Source: Spirochaetota bacterium (GTDB lineage Bacteria > Spirochaetota > UBA4802 > JAFGDQ01). From it: a DNA stretch of 64,000 nt. The stretch is from assembly GCA_043803405.1 (NCBI GenBank), contig JAZDKB010000053.1:1-64000 (forward strand), given 5' to 3'. Both the position numbers and the translations under genes were made by a program. Shown one piece after another: positions 45,802 to 57,762 of the stretch. The notes below the pieces were generated by a model. That model had not been told where the DNA came from. It did not search any database and worked only from the letters and a program-made list of their open reading frames with translations. How positions within the stretch are numbered: position 1 is the stretch's first letter; every line of letters begins with the position of its first letter.

Positions 45802-48111
45802 TTAATTTATTGTTTTATTATTATAAATTAATCTATATTGAATTAAAAATTTTCCTGTTCGCAGTATATACGATCTTGTTTCCTCAAAAGGAATAAATTC
45901 TATAAGATAATCATCATCGGCATTAAAATCCCTGAGCCATTTTTTTACATTGCCTGCCCCGGCATTGTACCCGGCCATCATTGCTTCAAAGTCCGCCTTA
46001 AAGAACTTGCTGAGCCATGCAAGATAGTTGACTCCGAATTTTATTGAAGTGGACGGCTCCTTTAAGTCGAATTCTTTTATCTTAAATCCTTTTGCGATAT
46101 CTTTTGCTGTCGCAGGCATAAGCTGCATAAGCCCGACAGCTCCGGCAGACGACACAGCTTTGTGATTGAATGTCGATTCAGTCTTCATTACGGCATATAC
46201 CATCTCTGCCGGTATTTTACCCTCCGTTTCACCGCAAAGCTTTTCAACATCATCTTTAAATGCAGCCGGAAAAAGTTTTGCGATTGTACCGGCTGATAGT
46301 ACAGATATGTTTTCTTTTAATTTATGATATTTTAAAAGCTTCAATACTGATACGGCTGCGTAATTATAGTTGTTATACTTGCCTCCCATCTGTGCGAGTA
46401 CCCTGTACTTGTCCATACGAAATTCGGATTTATTCGGGATAATGGCCAGTTCCCTTGATATACCTTCGCTGTAACCGGCTCTAAAATATTTTTCAATTTC
46501 TTTCAGATTATATTTATATTTTGACCCGGGTTCGGTATCTGCAAGGCTTTCCTCGAATGATTTATACTTTTTCATAGTATCGTTAAAATCCATTGCTGAA
46601 ATTCTTTTGTCTCTTTCTGCAAAGTCCTTCTGATATAAAAATAACAATGTATGGTAAAACATTGCGTCAGTATAATTTTTTGCGCGCAGTGCTTCCGTAA
46701 AGTTTAATTGCAGCTCATCGGGTTTATAGTTTTCCTTAAACGTATCCAGCGTTTTCCATGTGTATGCGGAATCCGGGTTCAGGGCGGCCATCTCTTTTAT
46801 TCTTTGGAGCGCATCTGCCTTTCTTTCCCGGCCATACAGCTTAACAAGCCAGAACCTGCATCTGCCGGAGTAAGCTCCGTATGGATAAGCAGACAGGGAA
46901 TCTTCCATATATTTTATTGCGGATTTAGTATCTTTCTCTTTCAGCTTGTTTCTCGCTAAAATCCAGAAGAAATACTGCGAAGTCTTGTCTTTAGGATATT
47001 TGCCTATATAATCGAGCAATATATTTTCATGACCGGATCCGTTAGCTATCAAATACTGCGCGACTCTTTTCCTGGAATGCTTCAGGATATCATCGGAGGC
47101 ATCCCTGCTCAGCTTTTGATAAATGTTATAAGCAGGCTGTTTCTTTTTCATTATCCATAATTCATCAGCTTCTGCTTTTAATAATTTATGATACACCGGA
47201 GTTTCCGATGCAAGCGACGAAATCAGATTTTCGGTCTCACTGATGTTCCCGGACCGGACATAATTCCGCACTGCATATTTAAGCAGGTCGTTCCTTAACG
47301 GTTCGCTTAGCTCTTTGCCGGCAATGCTTTTTGCAATCCCGGCCGCTTCCCTGTATTTCGCATTGTGATACAGCGAAGCAATCAGCAATACCTTTTCATT
47401 ATCTTTCAGTTCGTAATTAGTTTTTGAAACAATGCCCTGTATGCGCTCACACGCAATTCCTGACTGCCATGTTTTCGCACTCAGCCTGAGCACATTAAAA
47501 TATTCCGCAACTGCGTTTTCCGTGTCCTCTTTGCGCTCATAAGCGGAAGCGATGCGTATCTGTATAATTGATCTGGAACTTACGTCGTCATACCTGACCA
47601 GCATCCCTTTTAGTAATGATATTACATCATCGTATTTACCAAGTTCCATAGATGCATTTGATTTCAGCAAAATTAAATCCCTGTACAGGGCGGAACCGGA
47701 TTTGTTTATAAGGCTTGTAAATTTAATGACATACTCGAACTCCCTGAATTCAAAGAAAAGCGCCGCGATTTCGTACACTGAGTCGTTATAGTATTCCGAC
47801 TTTATGTGAAAGCCATTCACGTATTTATAGACAGTAGAAGGGAATATCCTTAGATTCGGATTTGAGGAATACTGAAAACAGGAGTTGGCAAAATGTAATA
47901 TGGCTTTTTTGGGTTCTCCTTTTTTTTTGTAAGCTACGCCTAAAAGAAAATGTTCTCTATAGCCGGCATTTTTATTGTCCAGTTCCTGTATTATCCTGTC
48001 CGGTGGACTATAGAAGCCTGCTTTAGACAGATTATCGGTTTCAACCGCGTTTGCGGAACATGTGATAAAAAGAAAAACAGAGATTATTAAAATAATTTTA
48101 TATATTGGCAT
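45802..48111 (-). CDS. slt: Soluble lytic transglycosylase with TPR-like N-terminus
   Basis: AVMKTESTF...SSAGAVGLMQLMPATA...AGYNAGAG...IPFEETRSY. Confidence 0.9.
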   Translation of the reverse strand: MPIYKIILIISVFLFITCSANAVETDNLSKAGFYSPPDRIIQELDNKNAGYREHFLLGVAYKKKGEPKKAILHFANSCFQYSSNPNLRIFPSTVYKYVNGFHIKSEYYNDSVYEIAALFFEFREFEYVIKFTSLINKSGSALYRDLILLKSNASMELGKYDDVISLLKGMLVRYDDVSSRSIIQIRIASAYERKEDTENAVAEYFNVLRLSAKTWQSGIACERIQGIVSKTNYELKDNEKVLLIASLYHNAKYREAAGIAKSIAGKELSEPLRNDLLKYAVRNYVRSGNISETENLISSLASETPVYHKLLKAEADELWIMKKKQPAYNIYQKLSRDASDDILKHSRKRVAQYLIANGSGHENILLDYIGKYPKDKTSQYFFWILARNKLKEKDTKSAIKYMEDSLSAYPYGAYSGRCRFWLVKLYGRERKADALQRIKEMAALNPDSAYTWKTLDTFKENYKPDELQLNFTEALRAKNYTDAMFYHTLLFLYQKDFAERDKRISAMDFNDTMKKYKSFEESLADTEPGSKYKYNLKEIEKYFRAGYSEGISRELAIIPNKSEFRMDKYRVLAQMGGKYNNYNYAAVSVLKLLKYHKLKENISVLSAGTIAKLFPAAFKDDVEKLCGETEGKIPAEMVYAVMKTESTFNHKAVSSAGAVGLMQLMPATAKDIAKGFKIKEFDLKEPSTSIKFGVNYLAWLSKFFKADFEAMMAGYNAGAGNVKKWLRDFNADDDYLIEFIPFEETRSYILRTGKFLIQYRLIYNNKTIN

Positions 48112-48161
48112 ATTTCCTTCCTTATCTTACTCAGCTTTGACCAGGCATCGTTTGTTGTCAT

Positions 48162-48833
48162 CTATCTTCTTTTTGTTTTAAATTTTTTTGTCATGACAGT
48201 AGGCGAGTCGGGCAGCGAATGAACATGCGGCAGCTCGAATTTAAATCTCATGGCAGCAAGGCGGCTTAAGATCGTTACAAACATGCACGCAAAGATTATT
48301 ATTGTTTTGTCTGTTTCAAAGTTAATAAGAATAACCGGCACAAGACCGCCGAGCAGCGACGCCGTTGCGTAAAAATCTTTCCGGATAACGTAAGGAATCT
48401 CGCGCACCAGGATGTCGCGCACAACGCCCCCGCCAGTGGCTGTTGCCGCTCCGAGCAGCAGTATGCCGATAGGCCCCATCCCGCTTTCAACAGCTTTCAT
48501 TGTTCCGATCGCAGTGAATACGCCGAGTCCCACAGCGTCCGCTATCATCACAATGTCCCAGCGCTTTGCAATTTTCGGCGCAGCAAAGAATACGATTGCG
48601 GCCGCTACAAGGCAGATTATAAAATAGATCTCGTTCCTAAACGCGCTCGGAGGCGTGTACCCTATGACTACATCCCTCAGTATCCCGCCGCCAATGCCGG
48701 TTGCGGCTGCAAGCACCAGCAGGCCGAGAAAATCGAGCTCGTATTTCACTGCCTTGAACGCTCCCGAAATCGCGAACACGAACGTCCCGGAAATATCCAG
48801 CGCGTATATTAATGCTGTCTCAAATTCGCTCAT
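48162..48833 (-). CDS. UPF0126 / trimeric intracellular cation channel family membrane protein
   Basis: GTFVFAISGA...GGGILRDV...DAVGLGVF...GGGVVRDIL. Confidence 0.9.
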   Translation of the reverse strand: MSEFETALIYALDISGTFVFAISGAFKAVKYELDFLGLLVLAAATGIGGGILRDVVIGYTPPSAFRNEIYFIICLVAAAIVFFAAPKIAKRWDIVMIADAVGLGVFTAIGTMKAVESGMGPIGILLLGAATATGGGVVRDILVREIPYVIRKDFYATASLLGGLVPVILINFETDKTIIIFACMFVTILSRLAAMRFKFELPHVHSLPDSPTVMTKKFKTKRR

Positions 48834-48975
48834 AGTCAGTTACACTAAAATTAGGTTTTTATGCTATGTAAAACTTTTTAATTAAGTAATAAATAATGTG
48901 AAGTTTACATTAAACAAAAAAAGTCGCACATCGCGTTAGGCTTAAATATTATTATATCTTTTTGAAATATTGTAA

Positions 48976-49143
48976 AATGCCCTCACCCCAGGATTGCCTC
49001 ACGCTAAATGGATTACGCTTCAGTACCCTCACCCGCCTGGCGCTATCGCGCCAAGCACCCTCTCCCGCGAAGCGCGGGTGAGGGTTAAGTTCCTCCCTCG
49101 CCCGCGCTTCGCGGGAGAGGGAGGTTAGGAGGGTGAGGGCATT
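48976..49143. mobile_element. Empty CCCTCACCC..CCCTCTCCC..GGGAGAGGG-family palindromic element (family B)
   Basis: Outer AATGCCCTCACCC/GGGTGAGGGCATT; inner 27-bp IR 49058-49084/49095-49121; 48994-49088 is near-identical to 53021-53115. Confidence 0.85.
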
Positions 49144-49224
49144 AACAGTCACCCACATTATTATCCCGCATTCTTAAACAACTAGTCTATTGAAAATCGA
49201 ATACTATTTTTAGTAAATATATTA

Positions 49225-52020
49225 TTATTGCGTTATTATTTTAGTCTTTATCCCTTCTTTAGTAAATTCTAATTTTATTTTTATATCTTTTGTCGAAAAA
49301 AAGCGCGTAAGGATATCGGATTTGATTTCATCGGCTTTTATGTATGGAGAAGATAAATCACCGAAGACCGAGTTCCTTACTTTACCTGTTTTTGCGTCTA
49401 TTGTATATACTCCTCCCATTGGGCATAGGGGCTTGAATCCGAAAACCTCAAGTGACTTTTGTGCTATGTCCTTCTCTCCCGGGAACAAGGTATCCAGCAG
49501 TTTAATTGTTCCGAAATTTTTAAAGCTGCTTGACTGTGCGGATTCGAGAATGGACATTTCGTAGCTGCTTCTTTCAAGCTTCATTTCTGCCGGACGGTAC
49601 ACAGCCATGATGTTTCCCTGCTCAATATTTTTATCGTATTTGCTTTTGCCGGAATCTATTATCCTTTTCATGTAATCTTCGGTTGTGGCTATTTCCAGGT
49701 TATTATTGTGAATAGCAATAAATATACGGAACGTAATTGTCTCCAGAATAGTGATCTTTAAAACATTAATATCCCTTGATTTATACTCATAATTATAAAA
49801 GCTGTAACTCATTTCACGGGGCATATTATCGCTAAATATTATTTTGATAAAATTCCTGATGTCATCAACATTTGCCTGCTCCTTAAACGGGATTGAGAGC
49901 CGCAGCGGATGGAAGAGCGTCCACGCGAGGAAGCCGAAAGCAACGGCATCTTCATTAATTCTGGAGCTCATGAAATGAGTCATCATCCCGGAACTGTCGA
50001 AATCCGCGAGCGGAACAGTGTCCAGCACGTGAAGCTGTATTTCGTTTTTGAACTTATCGATGAGCAATTTATTTAATTCTGACTTTTCCTGCTGCCTGTG
50101 CGAAGTCAGTGCCTCCGGCATTGCCTCTTTCAGCAGATCCGTGTTAAGCTTAAAAAGCAGCCCCATTATCTCCCCGTCAACAGTGTTGCCTGCATGAAGG
50201 TCTATCGGTGCGCCGCCTATAATAGCAGTCACCTGTTCATATATCGAATTATTTATTAAAGGCAGAATGCAGGTCTCAACAGAGATGCCGTCATCCAGTT
50301 TAAATCTGACACCGATCGGGTCAAAGTAATCCCGCCAGAAATTGCAGTATTCATCAGAAAATCTTTTGTAACTTTCAGCTTCTTCTTTTGAGGCATATTT
50401 TAATTCTTTGTCAATATTGGGCTTCATAAAGCCCTGGCGGCCGTACAGTTTACTGAAAGCAGTAAAACTGTTTTTGTAAAATCCAAGCCCGTCGAACATA
50501 TCAGGCTTGTTCTGCTTCTTCCCTGCAAAGAAATCCAGCACGTTCGTAACACCCGCATCCTCTTCGCCTGAAGCATCCTTATATGTATTTACCATAAGTT
50601 TGGCATATGAATTTGCTTTTTCTTTGTTATCCTTTGCCTTGGGATTTTCTTTATTTAATTTTTCAGCAAGTCTCGTTATAATATTATACCACTGCCACTG
50701 GATCGGCTGCTTATCCTGCTTTGTCTGCGAAGTAATTTCGATCACTGTTTTATAAAGCTTGTCATTCTTAACTGCCGATACCTTTTCTTCCTGTTTCTTT
50801 GTTAAAGATGGCCTGGCTATAAGCCCGTGTATATCTTCCATTGTTTGCGGATATTTTTTATTTAGCTGATAATAAAATATAATATACCTTTCCAGCTTTG
50901 CCACGCGCAGGGCTTCGTTCATTCTTCGGGCTTCCTTGATCCGCAGTTCCGGGCCAACGAGGCGGCGTATAAAAGAATCGGACAAGTATATAAATCCGTC
51001 TTCATTCTCCTCTGCCGGATATATTGTCCGCATGTAAATATAGTCGTCCGCTTCTGCCATAGAAGGATTTTTTTTAGCTGCTGTAAGTATAACCGCCTCG
51101 AGCGCTTTGGCGGAGTTGGAGATTACTGCGGTGTCCGGATCAGTATAAGCGAGATAGGAATTAATTCTGTTGTCTTCAGTATAAACGCGGTTTGCCTTAA
51201 TGCCTCCGATTGTTACGTCTTCGCTTCCGGCTCCGGATTCCTCACGAAAGAACTTCCTGTAATCATTGATAGTGGAATTAAAAACAGAATCGTGCTTTAA
51301 TCTGAAAATCAGCGTGACATCCGATCCTTCAATAATAAAAGGGTCTGACCCTGTTATTGCCATTTCTCTTATTACCAGGTTGTAAAATTTCCGGGCTGCC
51401 TTGTTTTCTTTTAAAGCAAGCTGGGTGAGGATTTTTTCTTTTAGCATAAAGTCAGCCGACTGCGGAGTAAAGCGCTTATGCAAAGAGCCTCCGACTTTCC
51501 CGAGATAATCGAAAAAATCGAGCGACTTGGTCATGTTGTTAAAATGGAGATAATAAAAGTTCTCGGGACAATACTTATCCAGTTCCGACAATTTGGGCTT
51601 TTTTCCTTTGTACATTTCCTTAAACGGATGAGACTTGATCTCCGGCCCTGTTAGCTTCGATATTTCGACATCCTGCGCAGTATAGCTGCTAGGCCTGATT
51701 GTCCCGGTCTGAATTGATTCGCGTATAGCCAGCCCGCCGGACAGCAGGGAATAACCGTCAACAGTGGGCCTGTTAAAGAGTGAACGCCTGTCTGAATATC
51801 TTTGATGATATTTCTGATTCGGGGTTATGTTATGATTTTTTTTCAGGTGATCGAGTATTTCGCCGGCATATCCAAGCCGGTCTCCGCCCATCATCCCTAT
51901 CTCCGCCAGTTGGTCCGCGATCTTCTGCATTTTAATGTTTGCATCTTCAGCACCGGCCATGTAGAACGGGTTAATTGCAGAAACAGCCAGTATAAGAAAT
52001 AAAACAAGAACTCTTTTCAT
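49225..52020 (-). CDS. Large hypothetical exported protein
   Basis: 931-aa ORF, AAGGAG RBS, signal peptide, C-terminal CPMGGVY; family not recognised. Confidence 0.75.
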   Translation of the reverse strand: MKRVLVLFLILAVSAINPFYMAGAEDANIKMQKIADQLAEIGMMGGDRLGYAGEILDHLKKNHNITPNQKYHQRYSDRRSLFNRPTVDGYSLLSGGLAIRESIQTGTIRPSSYTAQDVEISKLTGPEIKSHPFKEMYKGKKPKLSELDKYCPENFYYLHFNNMTKSLDFFDYLGKVGGSLHKRFTPQSADFMLKEKILTQLALKENKAARKFYNLVIREMAITGSDPFIIEGSDVTLIFRLKHDSVFNSTINDYRKFFREESGAGSEDVTIGGIKANRVYTEDNRINSYLAYTDPDTAVISNSAKALEAVILTAAKKNPSMAEADDYIYMRTIYPAEENEDGFIYLSDSFIRRLVGPELRIKEARRMNEALRVAKLERYIIFYYQLNKKYPQTMEDIHGLIARPSLTKKQEEKVSAVKNDKLYKTVIEITSQTKQDKQPIQWQWYNIITRLAEKLNKENPKAKDNKEKANSYAKLMVNTYKDASGEEDAGVTNVLDFFAGKKQNKPDMFDGLGFYKNSFTAFSKLYGRQGFMKPNIDKELKYASKEEAESYKRFSDEYCNFWRDYFDPIGVRFKLDDGISVETCILPLINNSIYEQVTAIIGGAPIDLHAGNTVDGEIMGLLFKLNTDLLKEAMPEALTSHRQQEKSELNKLLIDKFKNEIQLHVLDTVPLADFDSSGMMTHFMSSRINEDAVAFGFLAWTLFHPLRLSIPFKEQANVDDIRNFIKIIFSDNMPREMSYSFYNYEYKSRDINVLKITILETITFRIFIAIHNNNLEIATTEDYMKRIIDSGKSKYDKNIEQGNIMAVYRPAEMKLERSSYEMSILESAQSSSFKNFGTIKLLDTLFPGEKDIAQKSLEVFGFKPLCPMGGVYTIDAKTGKVRNSVFGDLSSPYIKADEIKSDILTRFFSTKDIKIKLEFTKEGIKTKIITQ

Positions 52021-52094
52021 GATTTTTCTCTCCTTATGCAGATATATTATACAATTATTTCTTTGGGCATTGTTGTCTCATGCTAAGGCTGAAT

Positions 52095-53006
52095 CTATTC
52101 GACTGCTAAAAACAACCTGTTAAAAATCCTGCTGATATTTTTACTGTAAATAATGCCTTCTGCCCTGCCGATTACTGAATCTGTTTTAATCACTTCGAAT
52201 GAATCATCTTTGCTTCTGTTATCAAATGCTATAAAAAGCTCGTTGCTCCCAAGAGTGACCGGTTTAATAAATGGAGCATTTTTATCTTTGCCAGGTTTGA
52301 GTTTAACCGGATATCTTCTTTTCCCGTTTACTTCAAAAAAAAGATCCTCGGAATTAGTCAGTCCCATAGCAGTTAATTCGGACTTTGAAAAAATGTTATA
52401 AGATAGTGCTCCGTCGTTTATATAAAAATAATTTTGTTTTTTACTGACCGTATCGCCGTCCCTGCCTATTATTCTTCCTTCAATGATGCCGTTCTTTGAA
52501 CTAAAAAGAATTATATTTCCGATATCGATATGCCCGGCAGCATATTTATTTACAAGGATATAGTCGTTTTTCAGAAGAGCAGGATTCATGTTATCGGTCT
52601 CTATTTTCTCAATTGAAAAAAAAGAGGTCATTAAAAATACAGAAAGAATTACAAGAACAGAATTAACAAATGTATATAGCAGGTAAAAGGAAACAGAATT
52701 ATATTTTTTAAGATTATATGCGTTTTGTCCCTTTGCCGATTGCATTGCTTCGATCGGGGAGATCAGCCAGACTAAAATATGCAGGCCTGCTGCTGTGAGG
52801 ACAAATAAGACAGAGAAATCTTTCTGAATAATTAAATAAACAGGAATGAAGAGCAAGGATAAAATCCGCACTATGAAAAACACAATGCCCCTGGACAAAT
52901 CGCCGTTGTAAATCTGTCCCAGGCCAGTAAATACAAATGAAAGAGCGAATGCCAGCGTACGGTATCTCTTTAACGAACTTTCGGATTTTATTATTTCGCT
53001 TTTCAT
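52095..53006 (-). CDS. Signal peptidase I-like protein lacking the catalytic Ser/Lys
   Basis: N-terminal TM region (GLGQIYNG), S26 boxes MNPAL..NDYILVNK, RIIG..GD, DNR..D, VIGRA. Confidence 0.75.
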   Translation of the reverse strand: MKSEIIKSESSLKRYRTLAFALSFVFTGLGQIYNGDLSRGIVFFIVRILSLLFIPVYLIIQKDFSVLFVLTAAGLHILVWLISPIEAMQSAKGQNAYNLKKYNSVSFYLLYTFVNSVLVILSVFLMTSFFSIEKIETDNMNPALLKNDYILVNKYAAGHIDIGNIILFSSKNGIIEGRIIGRDGDTVSKKQNYFYINDGALSYNIFSKSELTAMGLTNSEDLFFEVNGKRRYPVKLKPGKDKNAPFIKPVTLGSNELFIAFDNRSKDDSFEVIKTDSVIGRAEGIIYSKNISRIFNRLFLAVE

Positions 53007-53020
53007 TTATAGTGTTCTTG

Positions 53021-53338
53021 TTGCCTTGTGCTAAGCGGATTACGTTTCAGTGTCCTCACCCGCCTGGCGCTATCGCGCCATGCACCCTCTCCCGCGAAAC
53101 GCGGGCGAGGGTTAAAAAATTTCTATATCAGTATCTATTTCTTTGGCGGTTTCATGTTCCTTAACTTAATATATTTCTGAGTTTGTCTTCCTCAGGTGTT
53201 GAGTCATGTCTAATATCTCTGAAAAATAATTTTTTCTATTGCATATAATATGTTTTTCCTGGTTCCCCTCTCCCTGACTGCCGACCCCCTGTTACGAATA
53301 ATACTAAATTCAGGGAGAGGGGTTAGGGATGAGGGCAT
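53021..53338. mobile_element. Family-B element enclosing a decayed DUF559 gene
   Basis: Left arm 53021-53115 (copy of 48994-49088); right arm CCCCTCTCCCTGA...TCAGGGAGAGGGGTTAGGGATGAGGGCAT. Confidence 0.75.
53112..53244 (-). pseudogene. DUF559 endonuclease remnant
   Basis: 53244-53161 reads MQ*KKLFFRDIRHDSTPEEDKLRNILS* (compare LARDMRNNMTIAEKKLW); a shifted frame then gives ETAKEIDTDIEIF* (compare SNNDIMTDLD); catalytic middle deleted. Confidence 0.65.
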
Positions 53339-53386
53339 TTAAAGTCAGCCCTTGAGTTAGGGTGATGAGGTCATCATGCCGAACAG

Positions 53387-55422
<2,036 letters not shown>

Positions 55423-55446
55423 TCAAATAATTATTTATCTCTAATT

Positions 55447-56718
55447 TTATTCTTCTATCTTAATAAGCGTAATATCGTTTTCCATAAAATCGAATGAATT
55501 GATTTTCTGCACAGACTGAAGCATTCCCTTCTCGGAACACCTATGTGTCATGATAATTACAGGAACGTAGGATGTGTTCTCGGCTTTCTGCTTAACAGAA
55601 GCAATGGATATATTGTTTTTAGCAAGTACGCCGGAAATTTTCGAAAGTATCCCCGGGCTGTCAAGTGTGCTGAGCCTCATATAATATCTGTGCATCTTAT
55701 CTTTCGATTCAACCAGCTTTGCCGCGACTATCGCCTTTTCTACTTTGCTGTTTGCCTTTCCTCTGAGAGCTATCTGCACAACATCGCTCACTACTGCGGA
55801 GGCAGTAGGCAGGCTGCCTGCGCCCTTGCCGTAAAGAATTACGGGCCCGGTCATATCTCCGGAAAACATGATAGCGTTGAATTCATTGCGCACTGAAGCA
55901 AGCAGGTGCTTTAACGAGATCATTGCCGGGCGCACGGAAATATCAAGCTTGTCGCCGATCAGCCTGCTTACGCCCAGAAGCTTAACGGCAAAGCCCATCT
56001 CCCTTGCGTAAATAATATCATCCTTGCTTATTTTCGTAATGCCTTCAACCGGTATCGTTTTAAAGCTGATTTTCCTGCTGAACGCCATACGCGAGACAAC
56101 CGCAAGCTTGTGCGCGGCGTCAAATCCTTCTATATCGAAAGTCGGATCAGCCTCGGCAAATCCCTTTTGTTGGGCATCCTTTAGCGCGTCTGCAAATGAC
56201 AGCCCGTCGTCTTCCATCCTTGTTAAAATATAATTCGTGGTTCCGTTCAGTATGCCCATAACGGACTCTATGCGGTTGCCGACCATACCGTCCCTTAAGG
56301 CCTGTATGCACGGTATGCCTCCGCCGACCGATGCTTCAAAAAAAATCCTTGATCCGGATTCATTTCCTGCTGCAAATATCGCCTCGCCTTCTTCCGCTAA
56401 AAGCTTTTTGTTGGCAGTAACGACATTTTTGCCTTTTGTAAGCGCTTCTATTACAATCGACTTCGCAGGCTCTATTCCGCCGACAAGCTCAATAACAGTG
56501 TCAATTTCAGGATCATTGACTATATCTTTCCAGTTTTTTGTTATATTAACGTTTTTAACTTTTTTCTTTATCTCATCGGCCCTTAAATCGCAAATACTCT
56601 TAATCGCAATATCAATACCCGACCTTTCATTTATTAAGGCGCTGTTTCTATCTAAAAGAGTGTATACGCCGCTTCCGACAGTTCCGAATCCTATAAGCCC
56701 CAGTTTTATATTTGCCAT
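55447..56718 (-). CDS. hom: Homoserine dehydrogenase with ACT domain
   Basis: GFGTVGSG, VVTANK, EASVGGGIP, GILNGTTNYIL, GFAEADP, GAGSLPTASAV. Confidence 0.96.
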   Translation of the reverse strand: MANIKLGLIGFGTVGSGVYTLLDRNSALINERSGIDIAIKSICDLRADEIKKKVKNVNITKNWKDIVNDPEIDTVIELVGGIEPAKSIVIEALTKGKNVVTANKKLLAEEGEAIFAAGNESGSRIFFEASVGGGIPCIQALRDGMVGNRIESVMGILNGTTNYILTRMEDDGLSFADALKDAQQKGFAEADPTFDIEGFDAAHKLAVVSRMAFSRKISFKTIPVEGITKISKDDIIYAREMGFAVKLLGVSRLIGDKLDISVRPAMISLKHLLASVRNEFNAIMFSGDMTGPVILYGKGAGSLPTASAVVSDVVQIALRGKANSKVEKAIVAAKLVESKDKMHRYYMRLSTLDSPGILSKISGVLAKNNISIASVKQKAENTSYVPVIIMTHRCSEKGMLQSVQKINSFDFMENDITLIKIEE

Positions 56719-56740
56719 TGCCGAATCCTCTTAAATATTT

Positions 56741-56832
56741 GACTTGTTGCAAATCAAAATTGGAGAAATCTATTTGATATTAAGAGATTTCTCGCTGCTG
56801 TGCTCTCTGAAATGACGGTTTCGCAACAAGTC
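56741..56832. repeat. Degenerate copy of the 31813 element
   Basis: GACTTGTTGCAAATC...GGAGAAATCT...AGATTTCTC...GAAATGAC...GCAACAAGTC. Confidence 0.75.
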
Positions 56833-57092
56833 TGTTTATTACTATAAATCATCAAAACTAATATTTTATATTATATAATAGTCAAGTTTGATTTTTAATG
56901 TAAATGGAAAAAGTATTAAGCGAATTTTACCGGGATGAAAAAATATTTAAGAATTATTTGCCGGATAAAAAACAGGATAGATAATGTCCGATGTCAAAAG
57001 CGGTTAAAAAGTAATAAGATAATATAAACAAAAATAAATAAAAAATATTCTCTGAATATATTCTCTTTCAGCAGACCTGCTGCATATAAAAG

Positions 57093-57380
57093 CTATGCAT
57101 AATAAAACTTATCATCAGGTATAAGCGAAATCGAATCTCTTATTATGTTGCCTTTAACATTTTTGCAGTTTTTATTTAACTCTTTTGCAAGCTGGTAAAA
57201 CCTGTCGAAATCAACCATTATCTTCATAGATACTTCGTTCAGCCTGTCGATATTCTCCCGGATTTCCTGCCCCAGATGGATAATTGTAACTTCTCTTTCC
57301 CTGCATTCTTTAATGAGATCTTTATGAAGTTCTCTCTCCTCCGGACTTAATGTTGCAACAATGTCGTCAATCTTTTCCAC
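57093..57380 (-). CDS. Hypothetical protein
   Basis: 95-aa helical ORF with GTG start in an otherwise AT-rich gap. Confidence 0.55.
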   Translation of the reverse strand: MEKIDDIVATLSPEERELHKDLIKECREREVTIIHLGQEIRENIDRLNEVSMKIMVDFDRFYQLAKELNKNCKNVKGNIIRDSISLIPDDKFYYA

Positions 57381-57651
57381 AATGCCAACCCTTTTAATTT
57401 TATACTCTATCTACTTATAATGTAAATTAACGATGGTCAACATTCAACTTAATTGCTAATAAAGCAAGAATTTTTTTTTATGTAAATGCGCAATTTGAAT
57501 ACAAGCCAGGATAGAAGAAAGTGTAGTTTCCTTTTTTGCGCTCTGAAAATTTCCTCCTTGACTAAGCCGCACTTTTTATACAATTAAGATTAAATTATTG
57601 AAAAATTACCATTGTTTATAGCTGTTTATATAAATCATGTACCTGTACACT

Positions 57652-57725
57652 TAGAGTGTGATTCAAAACCTGTTTTCTTATTATCTCGCATTACGACGTA
57701 ACAATAGGTCATGATATACACTCTA
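57652..57725. mobile_element. MITE-like element, AGAGTGCGTCCTAAAACCTATTG family (degenerate), TA-flanked
   Basis: TAGAGTGTGATTCAAAACCTG...TTACGACGTAACAATAGGTCATGATATACACTCTA. Confidence 0.65.
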
Positions 57726-57762
57726 ATTCAACCGTACCAGGCTATGGATAAACGGGATAATT

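Noticed and set aside
48952..49158. Short ORFs over palindromic elements (also 30180-30530 and 52937-53164)
   Set aside because: These are open frames produced by GC-rich repeats, with no protein-like features.
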